A DNA stretch of 64,000 bases from Flavobacteriales bacterium (lineage in GTDB: Bacteria; Bacteroidota; Bacteroidia; Flavobacteriales_F; PHOS-HE28), in contig JAHDVX010000009.1 of assembly GCA_023382455.1 (NCBI GenBank), positions 16,701-80,700 of the forward strand, read 5' to 3'. Of this stretch, positions 12,768 to 24,600 are shown piece after piece; position 1 is the stretch's first letter, and every line of letters begins with the position of its first letter. The notes under the pieces were generated by a model. That model was not told where the DNA came from. It saw only the letters and a list, made by a program, of their open reading frames with translations, and did no database searches. The position numbers and the translations under genes were made by a program.

Positions 12768-14654
12768 CTACTTCCGTACACCGGCGTTGACCACCTTGAT
12801 CTCCGTCCGTCGGTTCTGCTGGTGCTCCTCCTCGGTGCATTCAACGCCGTCGTGGCAGCCGTTCACCAACATGGATTCGCCGTAGCCCCGAGCGATGAGT
12901 TGCTCATGCGGCACACCTTGGCGCAGCAGGTAGTCCACGGCGCTCTTGGCCCGGGCATCGCTGAGCACCAGGTTGTACAGGTCGCTGCCACGGCAATCGG
13001 TGTGGGAGCTCAATTCGAACACCAGATGGGGGTTGTCCATGAAGGTGCGTGCCAGTTTGTTCAGCTCCACCGCGGCATCCGGGCGGATGTCCCACTTGTC
13101 ATAGTCGTAATAGATGTTGGGCACCACGATCGGTTTCTCCAGTTCCAGGGGGTCGAGCATGATGTCCGCCCGGATATCGGAGCTGATGCCCAGCCCTACG
13201 GTGCTTACCATGGTGCTGCGGGCCAGCATGCTGTCGGATTGCACCAGGATGTTGTACACCCGGTTGGGGTCAAGCTTGAACGAGAAGTTGCCGTTGGCGT
13301 CCGCCGTGTCCTGCACGTTCATCAGGTCGGCCAGGTTTTGCAGGGTCACCAGGGCGAAGGGAACAGGCTTTCCATCCTGGGCATTGGAAATGGTTCCGGA
13401 TACGGTGAATTCAGGCGTGGGGATGATCAGCTCATGGATCAGGTCCGTACCCGTGCGCGAGCTGCTGAAATAGCCGTGCGTACCGGTGGAATCCAGCCAA
13501 AGGCCGAAGTCGTCCCGGGTGCTGTTCACGGGATAGCCCATGTTCTGCGGCTCGCTCCAGTATTCACCCTCGGGGTGGGTCTCGAAAATGTCCAGGCCGC
13601 CCATGTTGTTGTGGCCGGTGCTGGAGAAGTAGAGCGCGTCGCCCACCACGGTGGGGAACATCTCATCGCCGATGGTGTTGATGGACGGGCCCATGTTCAC
13701 CGGCGGCTCCCAGCCGGTGCCCAGGTTCCTGCTGTACCATAAGTCCTTGCCTCCATGCCCGCCGGGCATGTCACTGGTGAAGAACAACGTTTTGCCGTTC
13801 TTGCTCACCGCCGGTTGGCCCAAAGAGAAGCTCTCGCCGTTGTAGGCGAACTCCGTGATGTTGCCCCACGCCCCGTCTTCCCCCAGTGTGGCCCGGAAAA
13901 GCTTGAGGTTGCTGATGTTCTTCTGGTCCTTGATCAGTTTGCGGCCGTAGTAGTTGCTCCGGGTGAAGTAGAGGGTGCGCCCGCTGTCGGCAAGCGCAGC
14001 CGGGCCCTCGTGGAAGGGGCCGTTCACCGTGCCTTTGATGGGTTCCGGGGTGCCGGGGTTCCCTTGGGCATCCATGGTCACCAGGTACAGGTCGGCAAAT
14101 GATTGCCCGGACCAGGGGTCCTGCTTCGCCATGGTCGCCTCCTTTTGCCCGGTGAACAAGAGCCGGTCGCCGTGGGCCACGGGGGAGTAAGCCCTTGAAA
14201 TGCCTTGCATGGGCACGGGGCGGACCCGGTAGCGGAGGCTGTCGGTATAGAAGGATCGGTATCCCTGGCAGGCACCGATCAATTCCGCGATGTCGCTTTT
14301 TTCGGGACGGTCCTGCAGGGCCCGGACGAACATCGGTTCAGCCTCGGTGTACTTGCCCTGGGCCATCAGGAGCCTTCCGTAAGCGTAGGCATCATCACCC
14401 TCCAAAGGGGCCAGCTTCTCGGCGGCCGCGTAGTGCACGGATGCCTCCTCCACCTTTTCCTGCTTAAGCTCGGCTTGGCCGGCGAGCAGGAGGGTCCGCC
14501 GGTCTTCACCTTGTTTCAGGGCCTTGTCGAAGTGTTGCTCGGCCTGGGAATAGGCCAGGAGGCTCATGTCCTGTTCGCCCTTGCGCACGTGGTAGCTGGC
14601 GCAGGAACTGAACAGGAGCAATGTGGCGGCGGGAAGGAGCGCGTTATTCCGCAT
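12768..14654 (-). CDS. OmpA-family lipoprotein, PorE-like (TPR + WD40/TolB-like beta-propeller + carboxypeptidase-regulatory-like domain + OmpA_C)
   Basis: The lipobox is FSSC. The N-terminus has TPR repeats, followed by repeated propeller blades, a CRD-like segment (TVSGTISNAQDGKPVPFALVTL) and a C-terminal OmpA peptidoglycan-binding domain (HTDCRGSDLYNLVLSDARAKSAVDYL...RRTEI). Confidence 0.75.
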   Translation of the reverse strand: MRNNALLPAATLLLFSSCASYHVRKGEQDMSLLAYSQAEQHFDKALKQGEDRRTLLLAGQAELKQEKVEEASVHYAAAEKLAPLEGDDAYAYGRLLMAQGKYTEAEPMFVRALQDRPEKSDIAELIGACQGYRSFYTDSLRYRVRPVPMQGISRAYSPVAHGDRLLFTGQKEATMAKQDPWSGQSFADLYLVTMDAQGNPGTPEPIKGTVNGPFHEGPAALADSGRTLYFTRSNYYGRKLIKDQKNISNLKLFRATLGEDGAWGNITEFAYNGESFSLGQPAVSKNGKTLFFTSDMPGGHGGKDLWYSRNLGTGWEPPVNMGPSINTIGDEMFPTVVGDALYFSSTGHNNMGGLDIFETHPEGEYWSEPQNMGYPVNSTRDDFGLWLDSTGTHGYFSSSRTGTDLIHELIIPTPEFTVSGTISNAQDGKPVPFALVTLQNLADLMNVQDTADANGNFSFKLDPNRVYNILVQSDSMLARSTMVSTVGLGISSDIRADIMLDPLELEKPIVVPNIYYDYDKWDIRPDAAVELNKLARTFMDNPHLVFELSSHTDCRGSDLYNLVLSDARAKSAVDYLLRQGVPHEQLIARGYGESMLVNGCHDGVECTEEEHQQNRRTEIKVVNAGVRK

Positions 14655-15586
14655 CAGAAGAAGCGCGGGTTTTTGATCTGGATGGGCTCTTGTCCGAGGT
14701 CGATCCCGAGCATCACCTCATGGGATCCCCCGTTGTAGCGCCGCAGGTTGGAGGTGGTCATGTCATAGGCATAACCCGCCCGGAGCATGCGGCTGATCTG
14801 GTATTCCACCATGGCCACCACGGCATCCCCGGTCCGGTATCCGGCACCGATCCAGAACCGGTCCTTGAAAAGGACATTGAGATTGAGGTCCACTTCGGGG
14901 GGAGCTTGTGGCTGGTATTTCACGAGTACGCTGGGCTTCAGGTCGAAGTGCTCATTGAGCTCGAAAACGTGTCCGGCGTTAAGGTAATAGTGCTGGGTGA
15001 AGAAGTGCTCCTTCAGGCTGTTGATGGCCGAAGTGACCTTGCGGTCGGCCGCATAGATCATGGGCACGGAAAGGCCGGTGAAGGATCGTTCATTGCGCCA
15101 GTACAACCCGAAGCCGAACTTGCCGACCGTGGCATTGCTGATGTTCTGCTGGTACACGGCATCCTGCTGGTCCCAATAGATGAGTTCATTCAGGTTGGCC
15201 GTGTACATGGCCAGGCCCGCCTTGAGGCCGAAGGCGAGGTGTCCGTTCTTGCCGGTCCTGATGCGGTAGGCATAGTGCCCGGCCACTTCCATGTCGCGGC
15301 TCACGCCGATCATGTCATGGCTGAAGGTGAGGCCCAGGCCCATGTTGTTCCCGCGGATGGGACCATCGATGCCCAACAGGTTGGTGCGCGGTGCGCCGGA
15401 CATCCCGGTCCATTGGGAGCGGTGAACTGCGGTGGCGCCGGCATACGGATGGCTGCCTGCATAGGCCGGGTTCAGGAAGAGCCCGTTGAACATGTACTGG
15501 CTGATCATCAGCTCCTGCTGGGCATTGGCCCGGAAAGCGGAGCCTGCCAACAAGGCCGCGAAAAGGATGAGGCGGAAGTTGCGCAT
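14654..15586 (-). CDS. type IX secretion system membrane protein, PorP/SprF family
   Basis: The N-terminal motif is AQQELMISQYMFNGLFLNPAYAG. The protein is ~310 aa with beta-barrel-like composition and lies directly downstream of the type-B CTD cargo. Confidence 0.85.
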   Translation of the reverse strand: MRNFRLILFAALLAGSAFRANAQQELMISQYMFNGLFLNPAYAGSHPYAGATAVHRSQWTGMSGAPRTNLLGIDGPIRGNNMGLGLTFSHDMIGVSRDMEVAGHYAYRIRTGKNGHLAFGLKAGLAMYTANLNELIYWDQQDAVYQQNISNATVGKFGFGLYWRNERSFTGLSVPMIYAADRKVTSAINSLKEHFFTQHYYLNAGHVFELNEHFDLKPSVLVKYQPQAPPEVDLNLNVLFKDRFWIGAGYRTGDAVVAMVEYQISRMLRAGYAYDMTTSNLRRYNGGSHEVMLGIDLGQEPIQIKNPRFF

Positions 15587-15605
15587 GGTCTTTCGCAGGT
15601 TGGGT

Positions 15606-18600
15606 TCAACGGCGGAGATCGACGTAGTTCTGCAAGGTTTGTTCGGCGTTCAAGCGAAGCACCACGAAGTAGGTGCCGTTGGGCAGCTGCTGGCCCTGTT
15701 GGTTTTCACCGCCCCACTGGTTGCTGTACCGCAGTTGGTCGTACACCACGTTGCCCCAGCGGTTGAACACGGTGATCTGGTTCTCCGGGAAGGCCTCGAT
15801 GCCTTGCACCACGAAGAAGTCGTTGTCGCCGTCGCCGTTGGGCGTGAAGCCGGTGGGCATCCTGATGTCATCCGGTTCGGTCAGGATGATGGTCAGTTCC
15901 AGGGTACAGCCGTTTGCATCGGTCACGGTCACGGTGTAGGTGCCCGCATGGAGGCCATGGCGGTCCGCATCGCCGGAGCCGTCGTTCCACGCGTAGCTGT
16001 ACGGTGGTGTTCCTCCGGTCACGTTCAGCTCAATGGAGCCGTCATTGCCGTTCCATGTGCTCACATTGTGGCCGCTTGCATACTGGGATACCACCGTGTC
16101 TGCCACAAGTTCGGCGGGTGCATCAACCGTGATGGCCTGCTGCGAGGTGCAGCCGTTGGCATCGGTAACGGTCACCGAGTATATGCCGCCAGCCAAGCCC
16201 TGCAGGTCTTCGTCCGTGGCACCCGTACTCCAGAGGAAGGTGAAGGGTGCAGTACCGGCTGATACGGTGAGGTCAATGCTGCCGTCGGCGGAACCGTGGC
16301 AAAGCGGGTTGGAGACCGCGGATGAGGTTTCCACTGCCGGACTGCCGGTAATGGTGGCCGTGGCCGTGGCACTGCAATCATTGGCATCGTTCACGGTGAT
16401 GGTATAGGTGCCGGGGGCCAGGTTGGCCAGGTCCTCGGTCTGTGCGCCGTTGTCCCAGACCGTGGTGAACGCGGGGCTGCCACCGGTGATGGAGGCGTCG
16501 ATGGCACCGTTGTCCAGTCCGCAGGAGGCATGGGTGGCAATGGTGCCCACGGTGAGTTCATCCGGGCCGATCAACGTGATGCTGTCCTGCACACTGCACC
16601 CGTTGCTGTCCACCACGGCGAGGTAGTAGGTGCCTGCGGCCAAGGCGAAGGGGCTCAGGTCGCTGGATGAATAGCCGCCGGGGCCGGTCCACGTGTGCGT
16701 GTAGGGTGCGTGGCCGCCGCTGATGGCCGCCATGATGGCGCCGTCACTGGCGCCGAAGCAGCTGATCATGGTGCCGCCCGGATAGGTGATGGCATTGATC
16801 GAAAGCGTCACCGGCGGTGCGGGCACCACGGTTGCGGAATCCGAGATGGAGCAACCGTTGGCATCGGTGACCGTGATGGCGTACACGCCGGGGGCCAACC
16901 CCGAGATGCTGTCCTGTGCCGAGCTGAACCCGTTCGGGCCGGTCCAGCTATACGTGTACCCGGGCGTGCCGCCGGCTGCAAGCGTGGTGATGGCGCCATC
17001 GTTGGAGTCCGCGCAGGTGGTATTGCCACCGCCGTATTCCGCCAAGGACAAGGCAACGGTGAGCAGGGAGTCCGGTTGGCCGATGGTCGCCTGCACGGTG
17101 TAGGTGCACTGGTTGGCATCCACCACCACCAGCTCGTATGCGCCTGCGCCGATGCCGGTGATGTCCTGTGTGCTGTAGTGTGTGCTGTCCGGGCCGCGCC
17201 AGTCGAACGTGTACGGTGCGGACCCACCGGACACCACCGCGCTTGCACTGCCGTTCATCGCCCCGTGGCAGAGGAGGTCGGCCGTGGAGATGGCAGCAGA
17301 GAGGATGCTGTCCGGCTCGGTCAGGGTGATGGAGGTATCGCGCACGCAGCTTTGGCTGTCGGTGATCGTGGCCTGGTAAGTGCCGGCCGCCAGCCCATTG
17401 ATATTGGCGGTGTTGGCCAGGAAGCCGCCGGGGCCGACCCAAGCGATGTCCAACGGCGCATGGCCGCCGGTTACGGTAAGCTCGATCGTACCGGTGCTGG
17501 CGCCGTGGCAGGCGATGTTCACCGCGCCGTACTGGCTGGCATAGAGGTCAAGCGTGATCGGGGCTGCCGGGATCACCGTGGCTTGCGCGTTGGCCGTGCA
17601 TCCGGTGGCACTGGTCACGGTAACGGCATACACACCGCTGGCCAGGGAGGCGATGTCTTCATCCGAGGAAGTGAAGCCGCCGGGGCCTGTCCAAAGGATG
17701 GTGAACGGCGCCACGCCACCGCTGATGGTGAGGTCGATGGCGGCGTTGCTGGAGGTATCGCAGGCATTGTTGGTCACTGCGAGGCTGGCTTGCAGGTTGT
17801 CCGGGGCCGTCAGCGTGAAGGAGCGGCTGGTGGTGCAGTTATTGGCATCAGTGATCTGCACGGTGTACGTGCCAACCGCCAGGTTCACGATGTCCTCGTT
17901 CGAGGAGGCGAAGCCATTGGGTCCGTTCCAGTTGAACTGGTACGGGGCCAAGCCGCCGGCCACGGAGAGGTCGATGGAGCCGTCCTGCCCATTGCATCCC
18001 ACTTCATATCCGCCATGGTCGGAAAGCACGGCCGTGGTGGTGATCGGGAGTGGCGCGGTGAGGGTGACCGAGTTGTATGCCGCGCATCCGGCAACGTCGA
18101 TGATGGTGACGTTATAGGTCCCGGGTGCGAGGCCCTGCAGCGAGGTCTGTTGCGAGTTGAACCCGCCCGGCCCCGACCAGGTCACGGTGTAACCCGGACT
18201 TCCGCCGGATACCGCCAGCGTGATGGTGCCGTCCGCAGCACCGGCGCAGGACACCGCATGGCCATTGCTGAACACCGAGGTGGTGATGGTGGAGGCCAGC
18301 GGCGATGGCGCGCTCAGCACCACTTGGGCGGCCGCATTGCATCCGTTGGCATCGGTGATGGAGACCGTGTACGTACCGGCCATCAGGTTGGCGATGTCCT
18401 CCTGGTTCGCTTGGAAGCCGTTCGGTCCGGTCCAGTTCACTTGGTACGGGGCCGTGCCGCCACTGATCACCAGGTCGATGCTGCCGTCGGCGGCGTCAGC
18501 GCAGCTCACATGGTAACCGTTGGGGTGTTCCATGGCCGTGGTCTGCACGTCCAGCCCGATCGGGTTGTTGAGCGTGATGCTTGCCGAGGTTGAACATCCG

Positions 18601-21600
18601 AGGGCATCGGTGATCTGGGCCACGTAGGTGCCTGCCCCCACGTCGGTGAGGTTGGGCGAAATGCCCAGAGGTCCGTCGGGTCCTGTCCAAGAGATGGTGT
18701 ATGGGGCATTTCCGCCCGTGATGAAAGCATCGATGCTGCCTTCCTGCCCGCCTGCACAGGCGGGTTGGCTGGTGGCCACCAGGCCGACTTGGAGAGGCGA
18801 GGGTGCCACGAGGGTGAAGCTTTGGGTGGCGTTGCAGCCGTTGGCGTCATGTACGGTCAGGCTGTAGGTGCCCGCCGCCAGGCCGTTGAGGTCAAGGCTG
18901 ATGGAGGTGAAGCCGTTCGGTCCGTTCCAGAAGTAGCTGTACGGGGCCGTGCCTCCGCTGACGGTGGCATCAATGCTGCCGTCCATCGCATCCGCGCAGC
19001 TCACATGGTAGCCGCCGGCCAAGGTGCTCAGCACCGCAGTGATCTGGAAGAGGCCTGGTTGCCCCACGTTGTAGGCTTGTGTGGAAGTGCATCCGGCGGC
19101 ATCGGTCACCGTAACGGTGTACACGCCGGCCAGGAGGCTGCTGATGTCCTCCGTGGTGGCGGAGAAGGCCGGGAAGCCGGTCCAGGCGTAGGTGTACGGT
19201 CCGGTGCCTCCGGTCACGGCCAGGTCGATGGCCCCGGTGTTTGCGCCTTGGCAGGCGGCGGTGGTGATCGCGGCGGTGAGTTCGATGGCCGTTGGTTGTG
19301 CCAGGGTTTCTGCATACGTTGCCGTGCAGCCGTTGGCATCCGTCACCGTCACGGTGTAGCTGCCGGCGATGGTGCCGGAGAGGTCTTCCGTGGTGGCGGT
19401 GAACACGCCCGGACCGTACCATTGGAACGCATAAGGTGCCGTTCCGCCGGATACCTGGAGGTCGACGGCGCCGTCACTGCCTCCGTTGCACAGCAGATCG
19501 GTGCCGCTTGTGGCCAAGGAGATCGGGGCAGGTGCCGTGAGCGTTGCGCTGACCGAGGTGGAGCATCCATTGCCATCGGCCACGGTGGCGGTGTAGGTGC
19601 CGGCGGCAAGCCCGGTAAGCTGCCAGGCACCGGAAGTGAAGCCGCCGGGACCGGTCCATACCACGGTATAGGGCGGTGCACCACCGGCCGGTGTAAGCGT
19701 GATGGCACCATCCGTGGAGCCGTTGCAGCTGATGCCAGCACCGCCGGCGAAGGTTTGGGCAACGGCGGTGGCACTGATCGGCGGTGGTTCCATCAGCGTG
19801 GTGCTCGAGGTTACGGTGCAGCCGTTCGCATCGGTGATCGTGAGCGTGTAGGTTCCCGCTGCCAGGTAGTCGATGTCCGCCGTGCTGGCCGTGAAGCCGT
19901 TCGGCCCGGTCCAGGAGAAGGTATAAGGAGGTGTGCCGCCATCAAACTGCGTGATGATCTGGCCGTCGGCGCCCCCGGCGCAACTGATGTCGTAACCGCC
20001 GTGATTCTTCACCGAGATGACGAAGGCCGTCAGCGGTGCCGGAGGTGCCAGCGTGGTGCTGTACAAGGCTGAGCATCCGTTGCCGTCGGTGAGCGTCAGG
20101 TGGTAGCTGCCCGGGGCAAGGCCGGAAATGTCGGCCGTCGTAGCCGTGAATCCATTGGGCCCGATCCACGAGTACCAATAGGGGGGGGTGCCGCCACTTG
20201 CGGTCACCTGGATGGATCCATTGTGGGAGTTGCTGCACGATACCTCGCTCTGCACAGCATTGAAAGTGAACATCCCGGGTTCGGTGACATCGAAGGGCTG
20301 CACCAAGTGGCAGTTGTTCGCATCCGTGATGGTGATGGTATATACCCCCGCAGCCAGCTGGGACAGGTCCGCCGTGGAAGCGGTGAACCCGTCCGGCCCG
20401 CTCCAGTGATAGGTGAATGGTGCCACACCGTTGGCCACGGTGAGGTCAATGCTGCCATTGCTTTCGCCGTGGCAAATAGCGGATTGCACGGTCGCGGTGG
20501 CCATCATGGGCACGGGTGCAACCAGGGTGATGGACGTGTCCGTGAAGCAACCGTGTCCATCCCCGACAATGAGGTGGTAGGTGCCAGCCGCAAGTCCGGA
20601 TGGATCTTCCGTGGTGAAGATGTTGCCGAAGCCGTCCTGCCAGTGGTACTGGTAAGTGGGCGTACCGCCTGTCACGGTCACCTCGATGCTGCCGTCGCTG
20701 TTGCCCGGACAGCTTACATGGGCCCCGCCCGGATACGTGAATGGCGCGAGGGCGATGTTCACGGGTGCCGAGGGCCCGCCGATGGTGTGCGTGTACTGTA
20801 GCGCCTGCGCGCAGCCGTTGGCATCGGTGATGGTGGCCGTGTAGGTACCCGGCGCCAGGCCGTTGATGGTGCTGCCTGTCTGCACCGGCACGGTGTTCCA
20901 AACGATGTTATAGTTGCCGCTTCCGCCGGCCACTTGGATGGAGCCGCTGCCGTCATCGTCCCCGAAGCAGGTCACCGGCTGGGTGTTCGACACGGTGGCT
21001 GTGATGGGCTGTTGCGGCTGTGTGATCACCACGCTTCCCGTGGCGGTGCAACCATTGGCATCGGTAACGGTGACGCTCCACGTGCCGGCGGTCAATCCCG
21101 AAGCCGTGGCATCGGTGTTGACCGGCACGGTGTTCCACGCCCAAGTGTATGGTGCCGTTCCTCCTGTTGCCTGGGCCGTGGCCGCACCGGTTTGGCCGCC
21201 GTGGCAAAGCACGTGGGTGATGGAAGGGAAGGAAACGGACAGCGGTGCACTGGGCCCGGCGACCGTTACGCTGGTGGAGGCGGTGCATCCGTTCGCATCG
21301 GTTACCGTGACGCCGTATGTGCCCGCAGGCAGGCCTGTGGCCGTGGCCGCGAACTGCGGGGGCACGGTGGCCCAGGCATACGTGTAAGGCGCGGTACCGC
21401 CGGCAGCCTGCATGGTGGCTTGGCCGTTGCTGCTGCCATGGCAACTCACCGGGGTGGAGCCGGCCGGGGTGGCTGCAAGTGCATTGGGAGCGGTGAGCAC
21501 GGCGGTCTGCGTGGTGCTGCAACCGTTCGCATCGGTGATGGACAATTGGTAGCTGCCGGCTTCCAATCCCATAAGGTCCTCTGCAGCGGAGATGAAGCCG

Positions 21601-24600
21601 TTGGGGCCGGACCAGGACGTGGTGTACGGCGCGTTGCCACCGGAGATGGCGGTGTTGATGCTTCCGTCGTTCCCGCCGAAGCAGGAAACAGAGGTGTTTC
21701 CATGTACACCAAGGGTGAGCTGTGCCGAGATTGCGGGCGGTGCGCTGAGGATCACATCGTGGCCCGTGCTGCAGCCATTGTCATCGGTGATGCTCACCTG
21801 GTAGCTGCCCGCGGCTAGTCCCGTGGGGTCTTCCTGTACGGAGGTGAAGCCGCCTGGTCCGGTCCAGCTGAAGCTGTACGGCGGCATGGCACCGGTGACG
21901 GTCAGGTCGATGCTGCCGTTCGTGCTGGCCGGGCAGCTCACGTTGGCATTGCCGAAGATGCTCACCGTACTGCTCACGGTGAAGAGGCCGGGCTGGTTGA
22001 TGTCAAAGCTCGTCGTGGACGAACAACCGAGGGCATCGGTCACAGTAAGCGAATACCCGCCGGTCGGCACGCCCGCGATGTCCTCCGTGGTGGCGGTGAA
22101 TCCGCCCGGGCCGTTCCATGCGTAGGTGTAGGGGCTGGTGCCGCCGCTGACCGAGGCATCCACCGCACCGTCCGCCGCGCCTTGGCACTGTGCGGGTTCC
22201 ACCACGCCGCTCACCGCCAAGGGCGACGGCTCGGTGATGGTGACCGAGGCAGTGGTGGAGCAAGCCAGCTCATCGGTGACCAGCACTTCCCAAGTGCCGG
22301 GCGGCAGTGCGGTGGCCGTGCTGCCCAGCTGTGCGGGCGTGGTGTTCCACTGGAAGGTGTACGGCGCCGTCCCCCCGCTAACGTTCACCGTGGCGGTCCC
22401 GTTCTGCTCGCCGGCACAGGTAACATTCCCGAAGCTGCCGATGCTCGCCGTCAGTGCTGCGGTCGGCGCCGTGATCACCACCGTTTGGGTGGCCGTGCAT
22501 CCATGGATGTCCGTTGCCGTGGCGGTGTAGGTGCCAGCGGGAAGGCCGCTGGCGGTGGCGCCGTTCTGCACGGGCACCGTGTTCCAGGAATAGCCGTAGG
22601 GCCCGGTGCCCCCCGAGGCTTGTACCGTGGCCAATCCCGTGGGTTCCCCGTGGCAAGCGACATTTTCTTGCGCGGCGATCGACAGGCTCAACGCGAGTGC
22701 AGGTTCCTGGATGACCATCTGGAGGGTGGCGGTGCAACCGTTGGCATCGGTCACCGTGGCGGCATAGGTCCCACCGGCAAGGCCGCTTGCCGTGAGGCCA
22801 TTTTGCACCGGATTGGTGTTCCAGGCCACGGTGTAGCCGGGCGTGCCGCCGGAAACGCTGATCGTGGCGCTGCCGTTGGCGGCACCATGGCAGCTTACGT
22901 TGGTCTTGGCGGCCAATTGCACGGTCAGCGGCACGGTGGGGCCTTCAATGGTCACGGTGGAACTCACCGTGCATCCGTACTGGTCGGTGGCCGTTACCGT
23001 GTAGCTGCCGGGGTTGAGGCTGGTGGCCGTGGCCGTGCCCTGTACCGGAACGGTGCTCCAGCTGTACGTGTAGATGGGCATGCCGCCGGTCACGGTCACG
23101 GTGGCCGAGCCATCCTGGTCGTTGGCGCAGGCCACATGGGTCGTGTCTGTGATCTCAGCGGCCATCGGGGCACTTTCGGTCATGGTGATGCCGGCCGTGG
23201 CGGTGCAGCCGTTTGCATCAGTGATGGTGACGTTGTAGGTGCCGGCGATCAGGTTGCCGATGTCCACGGCATTGGAGATGAATCCGCCGGGACCGGTCCA
23301 ACTGGCACCGTAAGGACTCGTGCCGCCGGTGATGGTGGCGTCAATGCTGCCGTCGTTGCCGCCATGGCAGCTGATGTTCTGGCCGAAGATGAGCAGCGAT
23401 GGGGCCAGGGAGACCGACAACGGGGCCGGTTGGCCCACATTGAAACTCATGGTTTTGCTGCATGCGGCATCGGTGATGGTCACCGTGTACGTGCCTGCGG
23501 CGATGGACGCGATATCCTCGGTGGAAGCGGTGAAACCGCCCGGTCCGGACCAAAGGAAGGCATACGGCGGAATGCCTCCCGCGACGGACAGGTTGATGGC
23601 ACCGTTGGCGGCACCAGCGCACAGCGGCGGTGTGATGCTTGCCGTTCCGGTGATGTTGCTCACGTTGACGGTGGACTGCAGAATGGCGGAGCAGGCACCG
23701 TGTGTGATGTTGACGGTGTACGTGGTGGTTATGCTGGGCGAGGCCGATGGCCCGGGAATGTTCGTTGCACTGAGGCCCGCGGCCGGTGACCACGCATATT
23801 GTGCACCTCCCGTGGCGAGGAGGTCCATTTGCCCGCCGATGCAGATATTGCTCATCACCGGGCTCACCGTTGCGTGGAGCGAGTCCACTACCGGGATCAC
23901 CAGGGTGTCGAGCACGGTACCGGGGCAGTCCGGGTTGCCCAGGATCACCAGGATGGTTTCAGGGGAGTCCGGCGTGTTGTCCGCGACCAGTTGGATGGCC
24001 TGGTCCGCCGAGGCTTGGTTGGCCGGGATGATGATGGTCTTCGGCACAGACGGGTTCACATCACCGATAGCCGTATAGTCCGTGCCGTTGATCGCGGTGC
24101 CGTGCAGGTAGTATTCCAGTGTCAGCGGTTGGTTGGTGACCGTTTGGCGGGTGAAACGGATCAGGCCATTGTTGCACCCTTCGATCAAGGAATCGCTTCC
24201 GTTCTGGGTGATCACTTCCAAGGTCACCGGGTTGCTTTCCACCTTGGCGATGAAAACGCCGGAATCGTATTTGCGGTCCGAGGCGTCCGCCACCACGAGC
24301 TTCAGGTGGTAGGTTTCGCAGGGCTGCACTTGGGAAATGGCACTCAGCCCGGTGGTGAACCCGTCGTACTGCACATACTGGCCACCCGCATTGTCGAAGT
24401 AGAAGGATGCGTTCGATCCGTTGTTCACGTTGTTGATCGTCACCGCCTGGTTGGTGCCGGGGACCAAGGCGATGTTCTTGTCATTGCCGATGCCGGGGTC
24501 GCCGGTGATGCCCGGCCCGCTGATGAAGAAGCCGAACACGTCGTTGTATTGCGAACCGACCCATTCGTTGTATTCCTCGGAGGCGAACACGAAATCGAAG

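Noticed and set aside
16695-18593. 632-aa plus-strand ORF, plus many similar long ORFs antisense to the adhesin (18765-20072, 22182-23789, 20934-21818, 23799-24950 and others)
   Set aside because: They are Gly/Arg/Ala-rich low-complexity translations of the opposite strand of a GC-rich coding region. They have no start context or domain signal, and the sense-strand product is strongly supported
15900-23657. Regular ~225-bp periodic repeats that could suggest a CRISPR or satellite array
   Set aside because: The repeats are in-frame coding units (SprB domains) of one continuous ORF. They are divergent in sequence, have no unique spacers, and are far longer than CRISPR repeats
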